Below are positions 10,870 through 23,388 of a DNA stretch of 64,000 bases, one piece after another. Within the stretch, counting starts at the first letter, position 1. Every line of letters starts with the position of its first letter. The notes under the pieces were generated by a model that was not told where the DNA came from, did not search any database, and worked only from the letters and a program-made list of their open reading frames with translations. The position numbers were made by a program, and so were the translations under genes. This DNA comes from Hemiscyllium ocellatum. Lineage: Eukaryota. The DNA is taken from NCBI RefSeq assembly GCF_020745735.1, contig NW_026867509.1, forward strand, positions 806,001-870,000. Reading direction: 5' to 3'.

Positions 10870-11745
10870 TGTGCTATTTGAAAATAGATAGGGCATTTGA
10901 GACATGATCCTGCAGAAGGAGTTTTAAAACTCACTTCCTGAGACGGTAAGAATTCACCTGGAGGAACAGAAAGATAGAAAGTGAGAAAGGCAGGAATTAT
11001 TAGACGAATATATGCTGATGCATAAGACAAGCCTTCAGCTGAATTTCGTCCTGTGAGGGATAGAAGTTGGGAGAAGCAGATAGCCTTGACTACTTAACCA
11101 AGAGAAGAGAGAACTAGTAAGATTTTAGCACAGGATAAAAAAAATGCCGAAGAGTATGGAAAGGAGGCGAAAGGCCTCAGATGGTTCCACTGTACTAAAG
11201 CGGGATATGTAAAGAAACAACACAGGGCAGTAATAATGGGCACTGTGGGAAAAGATGTGGTGAAAGAATCTAAGCCAGTGTCATTGGTGAAGGTAGTAAA
11301 GGATACCCCAAGAAGAGCCGAGCAGGTGCACGAGAGTGCACAACCTAGACAGGGGCTGAGTATGGAGTTAATACCTTATATCGACAAAGAAGTCGCCTCT
11401 GCGGGTAAAGTTTAATCAGAAAGAACAGGGGAAGAAGGAGAAGAAGATTAATTTTGAGAGATACAGGATCTAACCAGTCGCTGATTATAAGGGATGAGCA
11501 CATACGCACTCTATCTAATTTGTTACCCGAGAATGTGATCATTTGTGTGATAGATGGACAGAAATTTCGCATTCCATTGTGTAAGCCCAGGTTGGAGACT
11601 GGGGAAGTTGCAGTGGGAGCAATTGAAAGAATGTCAGTTTCAATAAGTAAGTTTGTTCTTGGGAATGACTTGGCAAGATCTAAGGTGGGAGTGTTAGCCT
11701 TTGTTGTGGAGAAGCCCAAGAAGACCAAGAGACTGAAGACTTAAA
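10870..11745 (+). pseudogene. Gypsy gag C-terminus (zinc-knuckle remnant) and aspartic protease remnant
   Basis: FKNSLPETVRIHLEEQK-like gag; ...FHCTKAGYVK knuckle; ILRDTGSNQSLI protease motif; FVLGNDLA. Confidence 0.7.
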
Positions 11746-11989
11746 ACCCGAAATATCTTGGTATTTTCCCAGATTGTGTGGTAAACAGAGATCACTATCA
11801 AAACTCACAGCACGAAGTGAAAAATAAAGAAAAACACGAAGGAGTTGAGGTTCATTTAGTGGATCGCCGGTTGGAGGTAATGTTGCAGGGAAAACCTGAA
11901 CAGGCAGAAGGTCAGACGGAGGTGTTTAGTTCTGAAAGGCAAAGAGATTGCAACAGCAAGACAAGATGATAAAAGATACCTATGTGAAT

Positions 11990-12560
11990 GCGTACCCTGA
12001 AAAGGAGGCAGAGAATATTATACAGGGTTATTATTTGAAAGATGGAATCCTCAGACATAAATGGAGACCACGGCAGGTTAGTGCAGAGGACAAATTGGCC
12101 GAGGTGCACCAGATTGTGTTGCCGGTAGCATACAGACAGGAAATGTTACAGGGAGCACAAGAACTACCTGTTGCAGGTCACCTGGGGTACGAAAGATTCG
12201 GTCATGAAGTGAGAGGCCATTTGAAATTAATTAAGGAAACAATTGACAGGTCCAAAGTCGGAGATCTCACAATTAGATTATGTATCGGATGTGAGGGAGA
12301 GTTTAAATCACGTAGGTAGATTAGTTGAACAGCATCTAAAGATGGCACAGTGCACAACGGAGCACGTGGCAGATTAAAGCTTTGACACTCGGAAATTTTC
12401 CCAAGGGGATAATGTGTCAGTACTGTTACCAATGGTGGCAGATCCTTTCAAAGCCAGGTTTAGTCGTCCGTATCAAATTGAGAAAAAGTTGAGTCATTTG
12501 AACTATTCAGTAAAGATGCCAGATAGGAAAAAAGGTCATATGAAAACTTGAAACTGTATT
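11990..12560 (+). pseudogene. Gypsy integrase remnants (zinc-binding region and C-terminal GPY-type region; catalytic core apparently deleted)
   Basis: YYLKDGILRHKWRP..VHQIVLPVAYRQEMLQGAQELPVAGHLG, followed shortly by PFKARFSRPYQIEKKLSHLNYSVKMPDRKK. Confidence 0.7.
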
Positions 12561-12759
12561 ACATGAGAGAGAGTGAACTGAAGAAACAGGTGTTAGTTAC
12601 TGCCCCGCGGAATGAGAAATCAAATTCAGACGACATGGATTTTGATGTGGCTCAAAAGACTTTCAAAAATGACGCAGTCCTTGAGAAGTGGGATTGATTA
12701 GTTATCTCTCTGTCTCAGGAACATAGAATGGATTTGAAAGATCACCACTACATTATAAG

Positions 12760-14015
12760 GATATGTGTAAGAATCAGATGAGGAGGACTAATGCTATTGT
12801 ACGTAAAGCAGACGTTGGGAATACTACTCCAATACAACAACACCCCTGTCGTCTTAATCTCTCAAAGTCAGACAGATCCAGTGGAGGTGGAGGCCATGCT
12901 CGACGAGAACATCTTCGAACCAAGCCAGAGCGAGTGGAGTTTGCTGATCATCTTAGTTCCCAAGCCGAAGGGACTCAAAGACTCTGCATGGATTATTGGA
13001 AGTTCAGTGCTGTTACAAAATCGGATTCATATCCAATTCCTAGATTGCAGGACTGTATCGAGAAATTTTGACAAGCCAGTTACATCACACAGTTGGACTT
13101 AATGCCTGGTTACTGGCAGGTACATTTATCAGAGTTGGCTGAAGAAATTTCTGCTTTTGTAAACTCAAATGGGCTATATCAATTTCAAGTGATGCTCTTT
13201 TGAATGAAGAACGCACCCGACACATTCCAAAGACCCATGAAGTGTTGTGGCTGGGTTAACAAACTGTGCAGTCGATTTGGACGATGTAGTGAACTGGAAC
13301 CATTACATGGTACAGTCGGCAGAGCTCTTTGAACAACTACCAGAAACAAACCTGGTGAATAACCTAAATTAAACGGAATATGAAAGAAAACAGAGGTGAC
13401 GTTCTTGGGACATAACATTGGTAATGGAAAGCTGACCCCATGGAACGCAACAAGAAGGCTATCGAGGAATTTTCACTACTACCCTTGAAGAAAGAGGCAC
13501 TTCGATTCTTCAGACTCAGCAGATACTATTCGAAGTTTGTTCCAAACTTTAGCAGTATAAATGTACTGCTAACGCATTTCCTGAAGAAGAACGCAAAGTT
13601 TCGGTGGACAGAATCATGCCAGAAGAAATTCGATCATTTCAAATTGATATTAACCACCAAACCAGTTTTAGCTCGACCACACTGTTCAAAACAAAGTCGC
13701 CATTGATGCTAGTGACACTGGAGTTGAAGCTGTACTCCACGGGAAAATGAGGACGGGATTGTTTCATTTTTGAAGAAGATCAACATCCGCCAGAGGAAAT
13801 GCTCCAAAATCGAAAAGGAACTTTTGAATTTGGTACTGTCCTTACAGCATTTTAATGTACATGTCACGAACAATGTGTCGGAGACGATTGTGTACATTGA
13901 CCACAATCCGATTACATTCTTAGAACGTTTTGAAGGTAAGAATATGATGTCATTGGAGTCTTATGTTATGGACTTTTACTTTAAAAATTGGAGATGTCGC
14001 GTCAGAAGAATATAA
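12760..14015 (+). pseudogene. Gypsy reverse transcriptase and RNase H remnants
   Basis: PIQQHPCRLN, RLCMDYWKFSAVTKSDSYPIPRLQDCIEK, FLRLSRYYSKFVPNFS-like thumb, IDASDTG, EKELLNLVLSLQHF, YIDHNP. Confidence 0.85.
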
Positions 14016-14210
14016 TTAAGGACTTTTAATCGTGGATTGAACAGATAGAGTTAAGATGAGATTTATCTTTGTTCAATGTTTTGTGTACGTGTATAGGTAT
14101 AGGGAACAAATTAAGGTATCATTATATGAACGTTATCGGCATGTTAGGGTAATGTATTCTGAAGGTACAAAACCTGAAGCCGTCTTTTTATTTTGATGGT
14201 TCATTTTATT

Positions 14211-14224
14211 CTTAAGGGAAGAGG
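14211..14224 (+). other. Polypurine tract
   Basis: cttaagggaagagg immediately 5' of the 3' LTR. Confidence 0.7.
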
Positions 14225-14945
14225 TATTATGAAGATGTGGGTGTACTTTAAAATAGTTAAAAGCAGCAGATTTATCGATATAAGACCAAGTCTCCTCAAT
14301 GAGGCACAAATGTATGTAACACTTAGTTGAACGACTTGATTATCGTGTTGCCTGGAGACAAAAACAAACTCGAATTTGGCCAATCAGGTTAAATTATACT
14401 CCGCAAAAAAAAAGCCAAATTCCAATCAGATTTGAATTAAGTATAGTGACAATCTTAAAGGCCAATGAGACAATCCAATACTCTGAGGAATATGATCAGA
14501 GGAACATTGAACGGTTGTGAGGACAATTGCCAAGTCCTAGCATGTAACAGACTGCGTGAAAAAGTAAAAACCTTAAAAATACCTTTTCAATTAGTAATCT
14601 TTGACGCAGGAATTCCTAACAAGGAATAAAGAAAGCACAGCAAGGCTCATAAAGAAGAACCTACAGCTGCCTAGTTTTGAGATAAGAAGTGCTATTTTGC
14701 AAGTCATCGTTGGGAGTTTTATTGGACTAATATTATAGAAGGGAAAGTAAACAATAGGTCAGAGAAGGAAATTGTAAATAGTGACGAGTTAATTTTTCTC
14801 TGTTATTCTATAAGAAATAAACTTGTTAATTTTAACTTTAAATAGTTCTTGGCCACTCGATAGTTTACAGATTACTACACGGGATAAATCTTTTCTGTGT
14901 CGTTGGCTTTAAATTAAGCAGGAGCGTTTACCCCAAGCCAGAACA
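14225..14945 (+). repeat. 3' LTR of Gypsy element
   Basis: Diverged copy of 446-1167, ending ...gaaca. Confidence 0.85.
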
Positions 14946-14958
14946 CGGAAACAGACAC

Positions 14959-15391
14959 GTGTTCCCTATCATCCTTAATGAAGACAATTGCGTCGTTGCC
15001 TGGTGAATTTGTTACAAAAGACGTATTGCACGTAGCAGGTATTTTATTTATTACTTGCCTTTTGAAACATGCCGTAACTGTATTACAGCACCGAATTGCA
15101 CGGATTCAATGTCACAAGATCAATTTAAATTAACTATTCAGAATGAGATATCATAAATCTGGGCTTCCGTTATTTGACAACCTAATCCACTACAAACATG
15201 TCCTTGTAAATCAGGTATCACCATGTAGGTCTGAAATATTTACTGGAACTATATAACACGAGAAGATGAGACAAGTCTCCAGTTTTAACAGGAAGGTGCG
15301 CTGAAACTTTAATGAATGTAAACAAACCCATTGCTTTCAATATTTCCGGCCTCCAGTTTTTCATATCTATACATCTTTGTGCCAGGGAGCC
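14959..15391 (+). pseudogene. TCR alpha/delta-type V pseudogene (degenerate leader to 15002, intron 15003-15088, V exon 15089-15391)
   Basis: G|gtgaat donor, tattacag| acceptor, N-terminal DSMSQD, C-terminal FNISGLQFFISIHLCARE (YYC-like), several stops and frameshifts, followed by a 23-RSS. Confidence 0.75.
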
Positions 15392-15430
15392 CACACATCT
15401 GCAGAAATATTGAGAACCCTGTCAAAAACC
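15392..15430 (+). other. 23-RSS of V pseudogene
   Basis: cacacat - 23 nt - tcaaaaacc. Confidence 0.8.
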
Positions 15431-15455
15431 CTGCACTGAGAATTCCAGTCAGTGT

Positions 15456-15469
15456 CTATCAGAGGGCGC
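15456..15469 (+). promoter_or_regulatory. CTCF-like motif
   Basis: ctatcagagggcgc matches 12/14 positions of CCASYAGRKGGCRS; 25 bp 3' of the RSS nonamer. Confidence 0.45.
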
Positions 15470-17070
15470 TTTCAAATCGATAAATTAAACAATTCTTCTG
15501 AAATGAAAACAGAGCATACTGAAGTGGCTGAGGAGGTCTAACACCATCTGTGGAGAGAGAAACAAAGTCAGCGTGTCGAGGCTGCTGATGTGCCTCGAAG
15601 CCATGGAAGACTGAAAGAATACTACCAGCGCCCCGACAATTTATGCCATGATTTCCTTCAATGTCTTTCAATGTATCTCGTTCAATCCCAGTGTCTTGTC
15701 AAATTTAAGTTTCAATAGTCTATCCAAGTATAGCCTTTTCTAAATTTTGAACTCTTTTGGTGAAACAATTTCGTCCTCTATCACAATGGCTGAGAAGGTA
15801 ATCCCATCATTTGTAAATATAGGTGCAGTAGTATTAATTTTACACCTTATTCCTGCCCCCAACGTCCACGTGAAAATACCACTTTTCTGGCCTTTGGCTG
15901 TGCTCTGCATTTATAATGTCTTCGTTGGCCAGCATGGGAACTGATCCTTCGGTCGATCTTCCCTGTACTGACAAAATACAACAAGCTGGCATGATTCCAT
16001 ACATCAGTCCTGAACTGTTTATACACCAAGAGAAAACTTGGAGACTTGTTTCTGGTAGTTCCTCTTCGCTTTTCTATTTCGTGTGTGTATGTCCACATCA
16101 ATATGTCTATGCTTGGGTGTTCAACTCTGCACGTAATGACATATGCTTAGACTGGAGGTTGAATGAATTATAGTGTCAAAACCTCTCTGCCTGATGCTTA
16201 CTATTCCAACTAAAATAATGCAGTGTTACAACCTGCTGACGAATCTGTGCTATTGCACAGTAGCACTGTTATTAGGGCTCCTCTTGGCTTGTTTTTCTGT
16301 GGGGTGCCATTTTAGTTTTTAGGGATTCCTTTCCATGCTCACTGACTACATCATTTAATGATGCCATCAGCAAATAACAAAACTAAGGAAAGTACTTGCT
16401 CAACATCTGGTCTTCTGTTAGTTATCCAGTTATCTATTCACTATCAGATCACTGCAACGATGTAGTCTCTTGTTTCATTAAAATGTGGGACCTTATCAAA
16501 CGTCGTCCGAAATTACAATTACATTATATCTCCTCATTTTGTTTTATTTTTCCTACCTCCATGCCGTCCACGAATTTCTTTAAATTTGTCAGGCATGAAT
16601 TCCCCTTTAATGAAGACATAATAGGTGCAGAGTTATAGGAAGAGAAGGCAAGTGATATATTTATACGGTTAAGTGTACAATTCGGAGTTTAAAACGCATG
16701 ATGATAGATAAAGTTCAGAATAAATACAGTAGTACAGGCAGTAGTGTAACAGACAGCATACTATAAAGGTTTAGATTGATGTGGGCCCCAGCGAAAGTAC
16801 ATCGTCATATGACTGTATACTATTTGTCAGTAAATATCACACTTCATTTGCAATGTTGAGCATTTCCAGAAGTGTTCAATTAATCACTAATCTGAATTTA
16901 ATCTGGGTTGAGTATACATAAATAGCTTGATGCAGGAACTCATAAACTGAAGCAGGTATCCATGTTCCTGTTGAATAAAATACAACTGACTTTAATTGAA
17001 ACCTGAAAAATAAGGTCCGTTTGGAATTCGGACATAGATGGTTGTTATGAAAAATTACGCACACTGTTAA

Positions 17071-17180
17071 GTGCATGAGTCAGAGGGAAGTGTGTCCGGG
17101 TGGTTTACTCTTCGGAGGGTCGGTTTGGACTTGTTGGGACGAAGGGCTGCTTCCCACACTGTAGGTAATCTAAACTGTAG
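17071..17180 (+). mobile_element. 3' fragment of shark tRNA-derived (HE1-type) SINE
   Basis: ttactcttcggagggtcggtttggacttgttgggacgaagggctgcttcccacactgtagg, the reverse complement of the SINE tail seen at 18710 and 47821. Confidence 0.65.
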
Positions 17181-18709
17181 GGACATTATGCCAATTCACC
17201 ACAGGACAGTGGCTATGTCACATTCTAGTTAAGTTTGCATAATAATAACAATGATAATATTACGTCAGTAATTCACCTGCATTGTCAGTGACGGCCTTTA
17301 AATAGTCATGAAATTACGACAACAGTGTCATAATTTATTCAATATGTCTCTGTCCGCGTAAACGGTAGAAGTACATATATTTCGTCCTATTCTCGTAAAA
17401 TCAGCGACACCGTTCAAACATTCAAATGGCAAAAGTCACAAGAAGATAGCATTAAGTCGAAGCTGAGAAAACACTTTGATAAAGTACTTTCTTCTTAACA
17501 AGAAGAAATTCCGCGTTTAAAGGAGTGCATTTATAACATTCATACCAAAAATAAACTCAATTGGCGAATTAATATCCTTACATTGGACAGTGATGATGTG
17601 AAACTGAATTCATGCCATGGAACGTAAAGAAAAAAAATCATGTTAAACTAGAACATACAGATGTGCTTCAGGTAAAATTGCAGCATTTCTAGAACCAAAC
17701 AATGATCCTCTCACCTGCAAACTCTCGACAGTACTTTACCTGGCATTCCGTTAGCTCCTTGGATAGGAAAATAAATGGCAAATCCCACAAATGCTGGTGT
17801 TCTGTGCATTTTTAACAAAGGCTCTGAGTGTGCTGTGCAATGTCCTAAAATGTTCTCTATTATTCATAATACCAGGCTGCAGCGAGGCTATTAGTTGGTT
17901 TGATGATTTGAACTAATTACATTTGTTTCAGGTGACAAATAATTGCAGCTGCTGCTCGAATGAAGTTTTTGATTTGGAGGAATATAATGTTTTTCCTTCA
18001 TGGGATTTGACAAAGTTGGATTTGAGAATTAAATAGAGTAATGATTATTCAAGTTATATGAGTAACACAACAACATATTATTTATAACTATACGTTAGAA
18101 TCCTAGATTTTAGTGAGTAACTTTGTGGTTACATCTATTTAAAACCTAAATAATTTGGTAACAATTTACCATTGTCTGTCAAATGATGTGTTCTAGCTAT
18201 TAGAGCCAATGCAAGTGTCTGGAGGCCAGAGAACAAACAAAGTTTATAGTTTAATACAAAGATAAAGTATTTTCCACAAAAAAGGCAACAGTTGTTGCTG
18301 AGAATTTGAATTTAAGCTGCTGACATATCAGTTTCATTGTTGGATTTAAAACGGTGGCCTTTAATGTCGAGATCGGATCAAAATTTAAACTTGTGCTGTC
18401 TTGTGCCAAAGATTAAAGAAGCGATAATATGAAGATTAACAGAAGACTGCAAAATGGCCTTCTGCAATAGCATCTAATTGCTCAGTCATTGTTTACACAA
18501 GAGTGTGCTTAACTCCTGTTTTAAACAATCCAACTATCAATGAAAGTTTAGCATGCAGATCTATTCTGAATAGTCGCATTCAGATATAATGTTCTGCAGA
18601 TTGGCATCGACAGATTGGCAAGTTTTTTTTGCATAACCCAATGCTAAGATTGTCTGTGAGTACCTGTGAATATTGAACATCTTGAAGCATAGCTATCGCC
18701 TTCACACAG

Positions 18710-18994
18710 AGAATCACGACAGTGTGGAAACAGGCCCACAACGACTCTCAGCAAAGTAACCCACCCAGACAGATTCACCAACCTGATTACCTTATAATTA
18801 CCCCTTGACCAATGGGCAATTTATCATTGCCAATTCGCCAAACCTTCACATGTTTGGATTGTGGGAGGAAACTGCAGCGCACAGAGAAAATCCATGCAAA
18901 TACGGGGAAAATATGCACACTCCACATTGACAGTCAATTGAGATTAGTATCGAACCGAGTCCCTGGCGGCAATGCTAACCACTGAGCCACCGTG
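18710..18994 (-). mobile_element. tRNA-derived SINE (HE1-type)
   Basis: Minus strand begins cacggtggctcagtggttagcattg (A box) and ends in a CR1-like tail (cagtgtggaaacaggccc on +). Confidence 0.8.
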
Positions 18995-19522
18995 ATACCT
19001 GCAGAACAATGCAGTCCGGATTACTGAAATTCAGTTCAGTGAGGTAAATGTCACCTGGATCTGAGTATAGAGAAAATGTGACATAAGTGACTCTCAAGAA
19101 AAAGATGCCGAGTAAGCTGATTAACATCAAAACAAAGGACAAGACGAATGCAGGTAGGTTCAGCAATTGCAGAAAGATCTAAAAAAAAACAAATCAATGT
19201 ACATAAATATTTGAAGTTGTCCGATAGGGTAGAAAGAATAAAAAAGAAGTACATTATCTAAATGGCAAGAGTTGCAGAGCTCTGAGATGCAGAAGGGTGT
19301 CACAGTCCATGAAGAATGGCAGATTAGGAATGACGTGCAGGAAATAATTAGGAAAATTGATAGAATATTTTCATTTTTGTCCAATGGATCTCATAGAGCA
19401 ATAGATTCATGTTTTGTTACTCGACCAGAGACGGCTATTCAACAGCTTAGTGTCAAACTCATGAAACTTTCGCACATAACCTGCGCACTTTTCTGATATA
19501 CAAAAGAAAGGCTACTGCAAAC

Positions 19523-20612
19523 AAATACGGAGGTAGGGCATTGAGGGTGCGTTAGAGGTTTGAATCAGGAATTGGCTGGCTGGAAGAAGACAGAGGGTAG
19601 TAGTTGATGGTAAAGGTTCATCTTTGAGTGCAGTTACTACCGGTTTTCGGCAAGGATCTGTTTTGGGATCATTCCTGTTTGTCATTTTCATAAATGACCT
19701 GGAGGAGGGGCTAGAAGGTTGGGTGAGCAAGTTTGCGGATGATACAAAAGTCGGTGGAGTTGTTGACAGTGACGAATGATGTGGCAGGTTACAGCGGGAT
19801 ATAGATAAGCTGTAGAGCTGGGCAGAAAGGTGGCAAATGGAGTTCAATGTAGGGAAATGTGAAGTGATTCACTTTGGTAAGAGGAACAAGAAGGTGGAGC
19901 ACTGGGCTAATGGTCGGATACTTGGTAGTGTGGATGAGCAGAGGGATCTTGGTGTCCATGTACACAGATCTCTGAAAGTTGCCATTCAGGTAAATAGTGC
20001 TGTGAAGAAGGCATATGGCTTTTATTGGTAGAGGAATTGAGTTCCGGAGTCCTGAGGTCATGTTGCAGTTGTATAAGTTTCTGGTGCGGCCGCATCTGGA
20101 GTATTACGTGCAGTTTTGGTCGCCATACCATAGGAAGGATGTGGAGGCATTGGAACCGGGTGCAGAGGAGGTTTATCAAAATGTTGTCTGGTATGGTAGG
20201 AAGATCATATGAGGAAAGGCTGAGGCACTTGGGGCTGTTTTCATTGGAGAAAAGAAGGTTTAAGAGTGACTTGACAGAGGTGTACAAGATGATTAGGGGT
20301 TTAGATAGGGTTGACCATGAGAACCTTTTTCCATGTATGGAGTCAGCTATTACGAGGGGGCATAGCTTTAAATTAAGGGGAGGTAGGTGTAGCGCAGATG
20401 TTAGGGGTAGATTCTTTACTCAGCGAGTCGTGAGTCCATGGAATGTCCTGCCAGTAACAGTAGTGGACTCTCCCTCTTTATGGGCATTTAAACGGGCATT
20501 GGATAGGCATATGGAGGATAATGGGCTAGTGGAGGTTAAGTTGGCTTGGGTCGGCGCAACATCGAGGGTCGAAGGGTCTGTACTGCGCTGTATTTTTCTA
20601 TGTTCTATGTTA
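19523..20612 (+). mobile_element. 5'-truncated CR1 of the same subfamily as the intact copy
   Basis: Long near-identical stretches to 6660-7760 (for example gatcttggtgtccatgtacacagatctctgaaagttgcc), several stops, ttctatgttctatg tail. Confidence 0.92.
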
Positions 20613-21329
20613 ATATCCAATGCCCTCTCTAGTATCTGAATTAAAACTGTCTGTAGCCTCTTCTAGGCTTTTCATCCATAAACATATGGCTCATTGTGTG
20701 AAAAAGAGCTTATGTCATCCTTTTTTGCAATGCTTCTTCCGGAATATTACAAGATTAGAATATCATTTTATTGTCACGTGCACATTGCAAGAGTACAGTG
20801 AAAATCATTTGCAATGGCTGTCTTCCTATGACGAAATATTAGGGGTACACGTTTTCAGTACAAATCTTTAATACAACAGTCAAATACAAGTAATTGCATT
20901 ATTATACCAAGTTGAAGAACACGTTTAAAAATATAAGTAGACATTATGTCACAACAGCTCACCACAGTGTCTCTGTATGTGGTTGGACCTAACGCACCAG
21001 ATCTCAGTCCACCATCCACCAGCAATCCTCGCTCTGCTCTAAGCCACAGTTCATTACATATCGGCATTGAACTGTTCCAGAGTAATTCATGGACTGCTTC
21101 CTCCGTACCAGTGTCTGCCTGTGACTCACTGCCCATACAGTGCTCTGTGGCTGGTTGCTGGCGTGCTCCTGTAGGACTGCTTCCACGTACTGTTCTGTTC
21201 CCCTGCTTCAAAACCGACAAACCTTACGCAGTTCCAGAGATCGTGGCCCATTTGCCGCTTCGGGGCTATTGGTTCATACTGTTCTCTGGGGCTAGTGGCC
21301 CACGTACTGTTAAATCTGTGTCTGCTGGC

Positions 21330-21720
21330 TATCGAATATTTTAGGAGTGGGAACACTTTCTCACATTCTATTCTGAACAGAAACTTATTCAGAAAGTTCT
21401 GCTTCAGATTCACATTTATTTGTGTGAACGCAACTGTCATTCTATGCACTGTACTGAACTCTTTAGTTCAGAAGAGTGAGAATGTATTGAAAGCAGTACA
21501 CCGAAATTTTACTGAAGCAATGTCTCGAATGGTTGACTTGCGAAGTCAGCATGAACAGTTGAGACTTGTTCATTGGAGGCCAGAAGAGAAAGAGTCCATT
21601 TCACTCGCAAATATAAGACCTTGGGAGGTTTTCACAAGTCAAGTATATAAAGAATGTTCTATTCTCTCGGCGAATCTTGAAATCGGAATCCCAGGTGAAT
21701 GATGAGGATTCAATCATTTA
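21330..21720 (+). mobile_element. Highly decayed CR1 ORF2 3' fragment
   Basis: Weak resemblance to the CR1 C-terminus (cattggaggccagaagagaaag); boundaries approximate. Confidence 0.4.
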
Positions 21721-22357
21721 CTGCACAGATAAAGATGATTTATTTCCTCGCAGAGGTCTGTGAGGTTTTGGAACTCTCTTTCTCTACAGGCACTACAGCA
21801 GGTATATGAATATTTTGAGGCAAATTTAAATACATTTTTGCTTTTGAAAAAGCATGGATCTTAATTGTCAGTCGATGGGATTGCGGAGGATTCAGATAAA
21901 TCTTGGACTTTTTAAACGTCACGACAGGCTTGAATTGATGAATCCAACTGTCAAATTGTACATTGATATGAAACCCTTCATAAAATGAATACTTGAAGAT
22001 GTTTCCAAACAGTGTTTCATGATGTTGACAATTCGACTGAGTTATCTCACATGTGAACCTAAGACTCAGAGGTCAGACAGATACGGATTGACTGAGTCCA
22101 AGGCGCTCTCCTCCTGATTATATATTGTACCAAAATCATGCCAATCAGTTCAGGGGAATACTAATGACTCCGTGTTAGTAATGGAATGTAGCGAGTGGGG
22201 TTTCCAGATTGTGAAATATATCGCGAGTCCCTGGACCAACATTTCAAGCTCAAAGAAAAGCACAAATGAAACCAGATGACCAACTTTCCCGCTCAGCTCT
22301 CTGGGTGGACGTAGATGCAGCCTCTACTCACACAACAGTTTCCAACCCCACCCCCTG

Positions 22358-22364
22358 TACGTCA
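22358..22364 (-). promoter_or_regulatory. CRE-like motif upstream of NAR-TCR V leader
   Basis: TGACGTA on the minus strand about 165 bp upstream of the ATG. CRE-containing motifs are typical of TCR V promoters, but a 7-mer is weak evidence. Confidence 0.3.
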
Positions 22365-22528
22365 GTGTAACGTTGGCAATGATTTCACATCCGGATCAAG
22401 AACAGCTGCATCTGCATGTTAACTTGATCATTCTGCTTCATTTTAGTCCAGCTCTGAGCTGCCTTCTCCCAGAGGAGCAGTCAGCTTCCAGACTGCATGA
22501 AACATCTGCTACACCAGGCAGCAGCACG

Positions 22529-22571
22529 ATGGGAGCTATACTTGTCCTTTTACTGTGTACCTATACACTCG
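22529..22571 (+). CDS. NARTCRV: NAR-TCR V leader exon (MGAILVLLLCTYTL + G)
   Basis: ATG, hydrophobic 14 codons, phase-1 donor G|gttagt. Confidence 0.9.
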
Positions 22572-22703
22572 GTTAGTACGGATCCAACAATCCAACATGG
22601 TGCACAATTAGTACAAAGCTTCCCGAATCCATGAAAAAAAAATCGGCATTGCCTCTGGTTCAGTTCCTTTGTGCGGACTAATATCTCTCCGTTTAATTTC
22701 CAG

Positions 22704-22991
22704 AATCCTTTTGTCAGTCAGTGGTACAGTCCCCACCAGCGGACATCAAGAAAGAGTGCCAGTCTTTCAGCATCGACTGCGTTTTCTACGGTGGCTTCTT
22801 TGCACGTCCTTTAGAGCGGGGGGAGTTCTTCAAACAAACAGAGACTGGAGCAAAACGAGAGCGGATCTTGTCAGGAGGACGGTTTGTTGTGAGGACGAAC
22901 ACAGCAGAAAAGACATTTTCGCTGCAGGTTCAGGATGTGAATGTTAAAGACACTGCCACATATTATTGTAAAGCCTGGTATAGAGATAGCA
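22704..22991 (+). CDS. NARTCRV: NAR-TCR variable exon (IgNAR-like V domain), intact
   Basis: tttccag| acceptor in phase with the leader; ESFCQSVVQSPPADIKKECQSFSIDCVFYGGFFARPLERGEFFKQTETGAKRERILSGGRFVVRTNTAEKTFSLQVQDVNVKDTATYYCKAWYRDS. VNAR-type deleted CDR2 (RERI..GGRF), YYCKA, extra FR1 Cys. Confidence 0.93.
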
Positions 22992-23030
22992 CACAGTGAT
23001 TTGACCCGGCCTCCCACCATACCAAAAAAC
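22992..23030 (+). other. 23-RSS of NAR-TCR V
   Basis: cacagtg - 23 nt - ccaaaaaac. Confidence 0.92.
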
Positions 23031-23345
23031 TCTCCGCATGTTATCACAGATGTAAATGAAATTCCGAAGCCCTTTAGCCTTGAACTCCCCACGTCTCCAT
23101 CTCTGACCACCAACTCCACAGTCCGGTTTATACCAAAACTAGGTTGTCGCTGTTATCATTTTGAGTTTTGTTAATGCTGAAAACGTTCGTTAGTGATGTC
23201 TTTTGTTTGATCGCTGTTAATTAATCCGTGTTGGGAATGACTGATCCCTCTTAAGCGTCACTAATAACAGATGGGATCCAATTCTGATGCTGGGACCTGC
23301 AGCCGCTTTTAAAACAAAAAAAATTCGCTTCTGATTCATACCGAG

Positions 23346-23373
23346 AGATTTGATGCTGACTAGAAACATTGTG
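23346..23373 (-). other. 5' 12-RSS of NAR-TCR D
   Basis: agatttgat - 12 nt - cattgtg; heptamer 6/7, nonamer weak (5/9). Confidence 0.7.
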
Positions 23374-23388
23374 TGACTACTGGGATTA
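23374..23388 (+). other. NARTCRD: NAR-TCR D segment (tgactactgggatta; frames *LLGL, DYWD, TTGI)
   Basis: 15 nt flanked by facing heptamers, midway between V and J. Confidence 0.88.

Larger units (their letters stand above)
446..14945 (+). mobile_element. Decayed Gypsy/Ty3 LTR retrotransposon (Gmr1-like, PR-INT-RT-RH order) with nested LINE insertions
   Basis: Two diverged direct repeats (446-1167 and 14225-14945), a PBS after the 5' copy and a PPT before the 3' copy; frameshifted gag, protease, integrase, RT and RNase H remnants lie between them. Confidence 0.88.

Noticed and set aside
23117-23141. cacagtc followed by ccaaaacta between NAR V and D, a possible second D
   Set aside because: Spacer is only 8-9 nt and there is no matching 5' RSS; at most a vestige.
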